Positions 55,933-64,000 of a stretch of DNA of 64,000 bases are shown here, one piece after another. The notes below the pieces were generated by a model. It was given only the letters and a program-made list of their open reading frames with translations. It did no database searches and was not told the origin of the DNA. Within the stretch, counting starts at the first letter, position 1; the number at the start of each line of letters is the position of its first letter. Made by a program: the position numbers and the translations under genes. Source of the stretch: an uncultured Clostridium sp. (lineage in GTDB: Bacteria; Bacillota; Clostridia; TANB77; CAG-508); the NCBI GenBank assembly GCA_947087745.1, contig CAMUDX010000003.1, forward strand, positions 1,412 to 65,411, in the 5' to 3' direction.

Positions 55933-56232
55933 TTATACAACTTCATCATTTTGAGAATATAATTTTATCTTTATTGCCTCCATCATATCTAGTGAAATTC
56001 CATGGTTTTTTGCAAGTCTTATCAAATAATCTAATTTTGATTGACTTGCTTTTAGTTCATAAGTATAATAATCAATCATATTACTATCCACACATTCAAA
56101 ATTACTATTAAGCACCTTTAACCTTTCTCTTGTTTTTACAATACTTTCAACTAGTTCTCTTTCTTTTTCTTTTTTGTTCTTTTCTTTTATTTTCTCATCT
56201 TTAAAATACTGTTCTTGCATAATAAATTTCAT
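55933..56232 (-). CDS. yaaL: YaaL family protein (DUF2508)
   Basis: The ..FECVDSNMIDYYTYELKASQSKLDYLIRLAK pattern and synteny with bofA. Confidence 0.6.
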   Translation of the reverse strand: MKFIMQEQYFKDEKIKEKNKKEKERELVESIVKTRERLKVLNSNFECVDSNMIDYYTYELKASQSKLDYLIRLAKNHGISLDMMEAIKIKLYSQNDEVV

Positions 56233-56320
56233 TCCTTTCAGGAGAAATTAAATAGTACAGAAAAATGTATTTTCCCGAATTATTCTCCTTTAATAGCTAG
56301 TCTATTCTCTTATTGAAATT

Positions 56321-57160
56321 TTATGCAAAAATTGTAAAAATTATTATTCCTATTGATTGAATCATAAATAAATTCAAAATATTAGATGTAAATAAGTTGT
56401 TTGTCGCTTCTACCACTCCTAATAAATGGTCATTTTCTTTCTTATGATGTTTTTGTGATTCAAAAAATGTTATTAATTCTGGAATACTTGTGCTAAATCC
56501 TAATAATATTCCTATTATTATTTCTGGTATATCAAATGTATTACATAATTGTTCTAATGTATCTCCTAGTAAATTTCCTACTATGAATAGTAGTACCCCA
56601 CTTATTAATAGATAAATTGTATTTTTTATCACATGTTTTTTGTTTCCTTTTTCATTATTTATTTCCTCTTGTTTTTCTAATTCTTTATCTTCTTTTTTTA
56701 GATATAATTTGTGTGTGTTATTATTTAAGAATTTAAAAAATGCAAATAAAATTATAAATATAGGAACTATGGCTATATTTACTTCTATATCCAATATAAT
56801 CAATAAAACTGGAATTATAATTGTAAAACAAACTAATATTATATCTGTTTTAATTGCTGTATTTTTTATATATTTTTGATTTTTATTAATAAATATAGTT
56901 GATGTATATTGTATTAAATTTATTATATTTGAACTTAGTATATTATATATACTTGTACCAATTAATCCACTAAAACTTGATGCTCCAATTGTTAATAATT
57001 CTGGAACTGATGTTGCATATCCTGCTATATCTCCTACTGTTTTTGGTTTTAAATTTAGATTTTCTGCTAGACTTCTTAATGTTTTTACCAAAATGTATTT
57101 TGATATTAATACTATTGCACTCATATATATAATGAATTTTATTATTTCTAAAATTAACAT
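56321..57160 (-). CDS. Ca2+/cation antiporter (CaCA) family membrane protein
   Basis: Two alpha-repeat motifs, GYATSVPELLT and GFSTSIPELIT. Confidence 0.65.
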   Translation of the reverse strand: MLILEIIKFIIYMSAIVLISKYILVKTLRSLAENLNLKPKTVGDIAGYATSVPELLTIGASSFSGLIGTSIYNILSSNIINLIQYTSTIFINKNQKYIKNTAIKTDIILVCFTIIIPVLLIILDIEVNIAIVPIFIILFAFFKFLNNNTHKLYLKKEDKELEKQEEINNEKGNKKHVIKNTIYLLISGVLLFIVGNLLGDTLEQLCNTFDIPEIIIGILLGFSTSIPELITFFESQKHHKKENDHLLGVVEATNNLFTSNILNLFMIQSIGIIIFTIFA

Positions 57161-57253
57161 ACTTGTCTCCTTTTCATTTTTACATTATCCTTTAAAATGC
57201 TTTTATTCTCTCATTTTTTCATCATTTATTTACTATAATTATTCCCATATCTA

Positions 57254-57282
57254 TTGATATTTATTAGATTTTATTATATAAT
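57254..57282 (+). promoter_or_regulatory. sigmaA-type promoter of serS
   Basis: TTGATA-17 nt-TATAAT. Confidence 0.5.
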
Positions 57283-57333
57283 ACACCAAATTGCAAATAT
57301 AGATTTTTATTTTCGAAAGGACTGTGAATTATA

Positions 57334-58611
57334 ATGATAGATATAAAATTCTTAAGAGAAAATCCTGATATTGTAAAAGAAAATATCAGTAAAAAATTTC
57401 AAAATAATAAATTAAATCTAGTTGATGAAGTTATTGATTTAGATGTAAAAAATCGTGAAGCTAAAATGTATGGAGATGAACTTAGAAATAAAAGAAAAAC
57501 ACTTAGTAATCAAATTGGCTCTCTTATGAAAAATGGTAATAAAGAAGAAGCTGGAAAAATAAAACAAGAAGTCGAAAAAATTAATAATGAGCTTATAGAT
57601 AATGAAAAATTAGAAGAAGAACTTTCTCAAGAAATCAAATTAAGAATGATGAAAATTCCTAATATTATGCATAGTTCAGTTCCAATAGGAAAAGATGATA
57701 GTGAAAATGTAGAAATTAAAAAATATGGTGAGCCTGTTGTCCCATCATATAAAATTCCTTATCATGGTGAAATTATGGAGGCTATTGGTGGTCTTGATTT
57801 AGATAGTGCAAGGCGTGTTGCAGGAAATGGATTTTATTATTTAATGGGTGATTTAGCTAGGCTTCATTCTGCTGTTATTACATATGCTAGAGACTTTATG
57901 ATTAATAAAGGATTTACTTATTGTGTACCTCCTTTTATGATTCGCAGTAGTGTTGTTACAGGTGTTATGAGCTTTGAAGAAATGGATGCTATGATGTATA
58001 AAATCGAAGGAGAAGATTTATATTTGATTGGTACAAGCGAACACTCTATGATTGGTAAATTTAAAGACCAAATTTTATCAAAAGATTGTTTACCTTATAC
58101 TATGACATCTTATTCTCCTTGCTTTAGAAAAGAAAAAGGTGCTCATGGTATTGAAGAACGAGGTGTTTATAGAATTCATCAGTTTGAAAAGCAAGAAATG
58201 ATTGTTGTTTGTGAGCCTGAACAAAGCTGGGATTGGTATGACAAAATGTGGTCTTATACAGTTGAATTATTTAGAAGTATGGATATCCCTGTTCGTACTT
58301 TAGAATGTTGTAGTGGGGATTTAGCTGATTTGAAGGCTAAAAGTGTAGATGTTGAGGCATGGTCTCCTAGACAACAAAAATATTTTGAAGTTGGTAGCTG
58401 TTCTAATTTGACAGATGCTCAAGCTCGTAGACTTGGTATTCGTATTAAAGGTGATAATGGTAATTATTTTGCTCATACTTTAAATAATACTGTTGTTGCT
58501 CCCCCACGTATGCTAATTGCTTTAATTGAAAATCACTATCAAGAAGATGGCAGTATTAATATTCCTGAAGTTTTAAGACCTTATATGGGTGGGAAGGAAA
58601 AAATTAAATGA
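57334..58611 (+). CDS. serS: serine--tRNA ligase
   Basis: N-terminal coiled-coil arm MIDIKFLRENPD.. and a class II core (FRKE, RIHQFEKQE, GSCSN). The TGA stop overlaps the engB ATG. Confidence 0.95.
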   Translation: MIDIKFLRENPDIVKENISKKFQNNKLNLVDEVIDLDVKNREAKMYGDELRNKRKTLSNQIGSLMKNGNKEEAGKIKQEVEKINNELIDNEKLEEELSQEIKLRMMKIPNIMHSSVPIGKDDSENVEIKKYGEPVVPSYKIPYHGEIMEAIGGLDLDSARRVAGNGFYYLMGDLARLHSAVITYARDFMINKGFTYCVPPFMIRSSVVTGVMSFEEMDAMMYKIEGEDLYLIGTSEHSMIGKFKDQILSKDCLPYTMTSYSPCFRKEKGAHGIEERGVYRIHQFEKQEMIVVCEPEQSWDWYDKMWSYTVELFRSMDIPVRTLECCSGDLADLKAKSVDVEAWSPRQQKYFEVGSCSNLTDAQARRLGIRIKGDNGNYFAHTLNNTVVAPPRMLIALIENHYQEDGSINIPEVLRPYMGGKEKIK

Positions 58612-59189
58612 TTGTAAAAAATCCAAAATTTGAAATATCAGCAGTTAGACCTAATCAATATCCGTCAAATGATTTACCTGAAATCGTTCTTGTTGGAAAG
58701 TCTAATGTTGGAAAATCTAGTTTTATAAATACTATGATTAATAGAAAAAAATTAGCTAGAACTAGTAGTGAACCTGGTAAAACTCGCCAAATTAATTTTT
58801 ATAATATAGATGAATCTTTTTATTTTGTTGATTTGCCTGGTTATGGCTACAGTAAAATGTCTAAAACTGAGCAAGAAAAAGTTGGTCAATTTATAGAACA
58901 ATATTTATTTAAAAGCCCCAAAATTGCTTTAATAATCTTTTTAATTGATATTAGACATAATCCATCTGAAAATGATAAATTAATGTATAATTATGTTATG
59001 AGTAGTGGTCAGCCTTTTATTATTTTAGCAAATAAAGCTGATAAAATTGCTCCTACTAAGGTTTTAGATAGCGTTTATTCTATTCAAAAAGTTTTAAATC
59101 CTCTTGGAGATAATGTTTTTCTTCCTTTTTCTTCTGAGAAGAAAATTTATTGTGATGAAGTATGGAACGAAATTGAAAAGTTTATATAA
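58608..59189 (+). CDS. engB: ribosome biogenesis GTP-binding protein YsxC/EngB
   Basis: G1 GKSNVGKSS, DLPGYG and NKADK motifs. Confidence 0.9.
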   Translation: MIVKNPKFEISAVRPNQYPSNDLPEIVLVGKSNVGKSSFINTMINRKKLARTSSEPGKTRQINFYNIDESFYFVDLPGYGYSKMSKTEQEKVGQFIEQYLFKSPKIALIIFLIDIRHNPSENDKLMYNYVMSSGQPFIILANKADKIAPTKVLDSVYSIQKVLNPLGDNVFLPFSSEKKIYCDEVWNEIEKFI

Positions 59190-59268
59190 ATACTTAAAAA
59201 TAAGTACTCTAGTTTATGTCTAAGTACTTATTTTTAGATAGTGAATACTATATATTTTTTAAAAATGA

Positions 59269-59312
59269 CTAATTTTCCAGTGAGCGGGAATTCCCGCTCA
59301 CTAGAAAAAAAG
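59269..59312. repeat. GC-rich palindromic repeat copy E
   Basis: CTAATTTTCCAGTGAGCGGGAATTCCCGCTCACTAGAAAAAAAG lies between the convergent engB and the DUF951 gene. Confidence 0.8.
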
Positions 59313-59358
59313 CAATTTTAAAAATAACATATAGTAAATAGTATATATATATTTACTT

Positions 59359-59559
59359 TTAATTCTCAGTTTCTTTCTTTTGTTCGATTTTTGTAATTGC
59401 TTTTATTGCTTTGGGTCTCTCAAGTACAATCACATGTCCACAACCTTGACACTTTAATTTGAAATCTACCCCTATTCTAGTTATTTCCCACAATTTACTT
59501 CCACAAGGATGTTGTTTCTTTGTTCTTACAATATCTCCTATATTATATTTCAATTTCAT
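59359..59559 (-). CDS. DUF951 family protein
   Basis: 66 aa with GDIVRTKKQHPCGS..WEI.R.G.D.K.KC..CGH pattern. Confidence 0.6.
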   Translation of the reverse strand: MKLKYNIGDIVRTKKQHPCGSKLWEITRIGVDFKLKCQGCGHVIVLERPKAIKAITKIEQKKETEN

Positions 59560-59638
59560 CTCTCCTTATAGATTACTTCAAACTATTAACATTTTTATCT
59601 ATTATTGTGTTTTCATCAAAATATATTTTAATCAAATT

Positions 59639-61282
59639 TTATTTTGATGTATTTTCAAGCCTTTTAATTACTCTTTCTTTTCCTAAAACTTGCATAATTT
59701 CATACATATCAGGAGTATTTGTTCTTCCAGTCAAACAAACTCTTAAAACTGTACTAACATCTCCTACATGCGCTTTATACATATCTGGATTTGCCTTAAA
59801 TTCTTTAACTTCTCTAGCATATCCCATCTCTCCTGCTAATTCTTTAATTTTATCAAACCACATTTGTTTATCATCTGATTCATTATAGTATTTTTCAATA
59901 TATAATTTTAGTATTTTCTTAACACTCTCTTTATCGTTTATAACCTGATATGGATATTCTTCTACTGAAAATCTATCATCATACATATATGAAATATTAT
60001 CTTTTACATCAGACCACTTGCTTATATCTTTTCTAGGTTTTTGGTTTCCTCTTTCAATTCCAAATACCTTTAAAGCATAATCTTTGTCTTGTAACATTTC
60101 CTTTAGCTCTGCATCATATTTTTCTGCCCATTCTAATGAATAATTATACACTTCTTCTGCTGTCATTCTTGATATTATTGCTTTTGATACATCTAGTAGT
60201 TTAACCATATCAAATAATGCTCCACTTACACTCATTTTATTTAATTCTAAATTATATTCACTAATTGGTGTATTTGGATTTTGTCTCCTCCAATTTTCAA
60301 AGCTTGAACTTGCAATATTTAATAAGTACTCTTTTACTGCTATTGCTGGTATTCCTTCTTCTTTATAATAATCAGTAGCAGCCTCTGGGTCTTTTCTTTT
60401 ACTTAATTTTCGCTTATTACCATTGTCATTTTTCATTATTGGTGCTATGTGTGCATATTTTGGAGCTTTAAATCCTAACTCTTGGAATAATTGTAAATGC
60501 AATGGCACTGATGATAACCATTCATCACTTCTTATAACATGTGTTGTTCCCATTAAGTGGTCATCTACTGCATGTGCAAAATGATATGTAGGTAATCCAT
60601 CTGCCTTTATTATTACAATATCTTGGTCATTTTCTGGAAAATCTACATTTCCTTTTATTACATCATGATGCTTTATTTTTCTATCTTCTCTTCCTGGAGA
60701 TTTAAATCTTACTATATAGCTTTCTCCATTCTTGATTTTGTTTATCATTTCTTCTACTGAAAATTTTCTACAATTTGCCCATACTCCATAATATCCTGTT
60801 CTTATTTTTGCTGCTTCTTGTTTTGCTCTCATTGTTTCTAAGTCTTCTGGCATACAGAAACATGGATATGCCTTTCCTTGCTTTACTAGATATTTTGCAT
60901 ATGCTTGATAAATTTCTTTTCTTAAAGATTGTTTATATGGTCCATATTCTCCTATTTCTTCTGTTTCGTTTATTTGCCCTTCATCTGGAGACATCTCAAA
61001 GTTCTTTAATGAATTTACTATCCCAGTAATTCCATTTTCTACTTCTCTTTTTTGGTCTGTGTCTTCAATTCTTAAAAAGAATACCCCCTGTGTTTGTTTT
61101 GCTTCTGTTCTTGCAACTAATGCTTGATATAGTCCTCCTATATGCACAAATCCTGTTGGACTTGGTGCAAATCTTGTTACTATAGCACCTTCTGGTAAAT
61201 TTCTTGTTTTATATTTTTCTTCATAATATTCTATATCTTTTACATTTGGAAATATTAAATTTGCTAAATCATTATAATCCAT
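59639..61282 (-). CDS. gltX: glutamate--tRNA ligase (long form)
   Basis: Class I motifs PSPTGFVHIGG and KLSKRK; 547 aa. It lies 60 nt downstream of rnj. Confidence 0.8.
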   Translation of the reverse strand: MDYNDLANLIFPNVKDIEYYEEKYKTRNLPEGAIVTRFAPSPTGFVHIGGLYQALVARTEAKQTQGVFFLRIEDTDQKREVENGITGIVNSLKNFEMSPDEGQINETEEIGEYGPYKQSLRKEIYQAYAKYLVKQGKAYPCFCMPEDLETMRAKQEAAKIRTGYYGVWANCRKFSVEEMINKIKNGESYIVRFKSPGREDRKIKHHDVIKGNVDFPENDQDIVIIKADGLPTYHFAHAVDDHLMGTTHVIRSDEWLSSVPLHLQLFQELGFKAPKYAHIAPIMKNDNGNKRKLSKRKDPEAATDYYKEEGIPAIAVKEYLLNIASSSFENWRRQNPNTPISEYNLELNKMSVSGALFDMVKLLDVSKAIISRMTAEEVYNYSLEWAEKYDAELKEMLQDKDYALKVFGIERGNQKPRKDISKWSDVKDNISYMYDDRFSVEEYPYQVINDKESVKKILKLYIEKYYNESDDKQMWFDKIKELAGEMGYAREVKEFKANPDMYKAHVGDVSTVLRVCLTGRTNTPDMYEIMQVLGKERVIKRLENTSK

Positions 61283-61342
61283 ATTTTATTCTCCTATCTT
61301 TCATTTTGGGGTTTGTACTTAAATTGTATAACTTTATATTTT

Positions 61343-63169
61343 TTAAATTTCCATGATAACTGGTATAATCATTGGGTTTCTCTTTGTTTTTGAGAATATA
61401 TAATCTCTTAAATTTTCTTTTACTGAACTTTTTATTGCTCCCCAATCACGAAGACCCTTTTCTTCACATTTTGCTACTTCATGTCTTACTACCGATTTTA
61501 CATCATCCATTAAATTCTCTGATTCTCTTACATATACAAATCCTCTTGAGATTACATCTGGTCCTGCAACTACCTCTCCTGTTGATGAGTCTAGTGTCAA
61601 TACTATTATTATTAATCCATCTTGTGCTAAATGTTGTCTATCTCTTAATACTACACTTCCTACATCACCTATTCCAAGTCCATCTACTAATACTCTTCCA
61701 TTTGGTACCATTCCTGTGAATTTTGCTTCATTTTCATTTATTTCTAATACTTTACCATTTTCCATCATAATAATATTGTCTTTTTCAAATGACATCTGTT
61801 GTGCTGTTTCACTATGTGCTCTTAATTGTCTGTACTCTCCATGTACTGGTATAAAATATTTTGGTTTTGTTAATGCTAACATTAGTTTTTGTTCTTCTTG
61901 GCATGCATGACCTGATACATGTATATCTGCTAAAGAACTATATACTACTTCTGCTCCTATTTGCATTAGTTCATCTATTACTTTTGATACATATTTTTCA
62001 TTTCCAGGTATTGGTGTTGCTGATATAATTACTAAGTCTCTTGCTGTTATTTTTACTTTTCTGTGTTCTCCTGATGCCATTCTTGTTAGTGCTGACATTG
62101 GCTCTCCTTGACTTCCTGTTGTTAAAATTACTAATTGTTCATCTGTATAACTTCCCATCATGTCTATATCTATGAATAAGTTATCTGGGCATTCTATATA
62201 TCCTAATTCCCTTGCTGTATTTATTATATTTACCATACTTCTTCCACATACTGCTACTTTTCTTTCAAATTTTATTGCTGAATTTACTATTTGTTGTATT
62301 CTGTGTACATTTGATGCAAATGTTGCTACTATTATTCTTTTTTTACAATTTGTAAATAAATCATCAAATACTCTTCCTACTGAACATTCTGACATTGTAA
62401 AGCCTTTTCTTTCAGAATTTGTACTATCTGACATTAATGCTAGTATTCCTTGATTTCCTAATTCTGCTATTCTTCCAAAATCCATTCTTTGACCATCTAT
62501 TGGTGTATAGTCTATTTTAAAGTCTCCTGTATGCAAGATTGTTCCTACAGGTGTCGTTATTCCTAGCATTACTGAATCTGGTATACTGTGTGAACTCCTT
62601 ATAAACTCTACTTTAAATTTTCCTAATTTTATAGTTTGTCCTTGCTCTACTGTATGCATTTCTGTGCTTCTTAACAATTTGTGCTCTTCTAATTTGTTAT
62701 TTATTAATCCTACGGTCAATTTTGTTGCATATATTGGAACTTTTATTTGTTTTAATAAATATGGTATTCCTCCTATATGGTCTTCATGCCCATGTGTTAC
62801 TATTAATCCTTTTATTTTTTCTTGATTTTTTACTAAATATGTTATGTCTGGTATTACTAAATCTACCCCTAACATATCATCTTCTGGGAATGTTAACCCA
62901 CAGTCTACTATTATTATTTCATTTTCATATTCAAATGCTGTTATGTTTTTTCCTATTTCTTGTAATCCTCCTAATGGGATTATTTTTAATTTTGATTTTT
63001 TGAATATTTCTATGTCTTTTGTTTTTTCTTTTTGTGTTCCTTTTTTTCCTTTGTTCGTTCTGTTATATGGTCTTCTCTTTTGTTTTTTTTGTTCTACTAC
63101 CTCTGTTCCTTCTATTTTTGTAATTTCTAATTTACCTTCCTTGTTCATTTCTTCTGTTTGCTCTTTCAA
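61343..63169 (-). CDS. rnj: ribonuclease J with a lysine-rich N-terminal extension
   Basis: Beta-CASP metallo-beta-lactamase motifs THGHEDHIGG, plus the C-terminal domain. The annotated start is TTG, and the true start is uncertain. Confidence 0.9.
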   Translation of the reverse strand: MKEQTEEMNKEGKLEITKIEGTEVVEQKKQKRRPYNRTNKGKKGTQKEKTKDIEIFKKSKLKIIPLGGLQEIGKNITAFEYENEIIIVDCGLTFPEDDMLGVDLVIPDITYLVKNQEKIKGLIVTHGHEDHIGGIPYLLKQIKVPIYATKLTVGLINNKLEEHKLLRSTEMHTVEQGQTIKLGKFKVEFIRSSHSIPDSVMLGITTPVGTILHTGDFKIDYTPIDGQRMDFGRIAELGNQGILALMSDSTNSERKGFTMSECSVGRVFDDLFTNCKKRIIVATFASNVHRIQQIVNSAIKFERKVAVCGRSMVNIINTARELGYIECPDNLFIDIDMMGSYTDEQLVILTTGSQGEPMSALTRMASGEHRKVKITARDLVIISATPIPGNEKYVSKVIDELMQIGAEVVYSSLADIHVSGHACQEEQKLMLALTKPKYFIPVHGEYRQLRAHSETAQQMSFEKDNIIMMENGKVLEINENEAKFTGMVPNGRVLVDGLGIGDVGSVVLRDRQHLAQDGLIIIVLTLDSSTGEVVAGPDVISRGFVYVRESENLMDDVKSVVRHEVAKCEEKGLRDWGAIKSSVKENLRDYIFSKTKRNPMIIPVIMEI

Positions 63170-63467
63170 ATTTATTCTCCTTCCTTTTTTCTTCTGAGTT
63201 TATGTATATTTTTTTCTAATTGGAGGTAATTACCACCAACTGAGAAATTAATTGTTTTTTATAAATATATACTTTCATCATAAAACAAATAATGGAAACC
63301 ATTATTTTCCTTTAATTGCGTTTTAAAACTAGTTTACCCCTTAAACTAATTTACTATATTATATTCTCTCTTTTTCTTTATATATTATTACTAATATTTA
63401 CCTTTTTCTCTTTTTCATACATAAAAACAAAATCTCTTCTTGTGCTCGTTTGCACTTTATGTTCTAG

Positions 63468-63496
63468 ATTATACCATATTTGTATTTTAAAGTCAA
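63468..63496 (-). promoter_or_regulatory. consensus sigmaA promoter upstream of rnj (about 290-nt leader)
   Basis: Minus strand reads TTGACT-17 nt-TATAAT with an extended -10 (ATGGTATAAT). Confidence 0.55.
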
Positions 63497-64000
63497 TCTT
63501 TTCAGAGCCTAAGTATGTGTACTTTAAAAACGCACATATAAACTTTAATCACTGTTTTAAACATTCCTCAAATCTAGTTTTTGCTTAATTATCTTCATTT
63601 TTCGCACAATCTTTCTTCATAGATTTAGGATGATTTTTCCACAATATTCTTTTACTCTAATTTAAATTCTTTGAATATTTAGATATAACAATGTAAGAAG
63701 AAATGTAAAAATATCTAGTGTATCACTTGATTTAATTGATAAACAAATTATAAAGTTTTTCACAAAATAATAATATAGAACTTAAAAAGGAGAATTGCTA
63801 GAACTCTCCAAAATCATTTAGGCTCCCGTCTTACTACAAAAGTAGTAGAGGATAAGTTAAATATATTTAAACATATAATATTTAACTTATCAAACTAAGT
63901 TGACACTAACATTATATGATTATTTATTAAAATTATACATTGCTTAATATACATTAATTTTCATTTTTTAATTGCTCTTTTTTGATATTTAAGTTAATTC

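Noticed and set aside
8398-59312. Whether the repeated GAGCGGGAATTCCCGCTC palindromes could form a CRISPR array.
   Set aside because: The copies are kilobases apart, each in a different intergenic region. There are no regularly spaced spacers and no cas genes.
63316-63588. 90-aa plus-strand ORF upstream of rnj.
   Set aside because: It has hydrophobic low-complexity composition and no RBS, and it overlaps a consensus minus-strand promoter. It is more likely non-coding leader or promoter DNA.

Overview
The window comes from a very AT-rich, endospore-forming Firmicute (Clostridia-like), and most genes are on the minus strand.

**Housekeeping content**
- Aminoacyl-tRNA synthetases ileS (with T-box leader), cysS, glyQS, serS and gltX.
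- clpX, clpP and tig; typA, efp, rpmB, smpB, rlmN, engB, rnj and tsaC.
- A four-subunit 2-oxoacid:ferredoxin oxidoreductase operon, and desulfoferrodoxin with a flavodiiron protein.
- tRNA-Tyr and tRNA-Trp.

**Sporulation genes**
- yabP, yabQ, divIC, an H-type SASP, a spoVB-like gene, ylbJ, veg, yabG, spoVG, bofA and yaaL.

**Main finding**
- The coat-protease gene yabG is split into two in-frame halves by a 5.2-kb element (46874-52093).
- The element is bounded by the same heptamer at each end.
- It carries a large serine recombinase, a small upstream ORF, a receiver-less Spo0A DNA-binding-domain protein on a G+C-richer cassette with its own consensus promoter, and an ECF sigma factor paired with a membrane beta-propeller protein.
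- This looks like a skin-type, developmentally excised intervening element.

**Other notable points**
- A dispersed GC-rich palindromic repeat family (GAGCGGGAATTCCCGCTC core) sits at gene ends.
- A conserved hairpin of about 122 nt lies upstream of both typA and efp.
- A divergent RelA/SpoT-fold protein sits inside a tRNA U34-modification operon.
- Small integration scars lie next to both tRNAs.
- Lesioned genes are unusually dense: an in-frame TGA, an ABC D-loop deletion, a truncated MFS gene, a frameshifted ParE toxin and a peptidase with no canonical start codon.

No rRNA genes or CRISPR arrays were seen.
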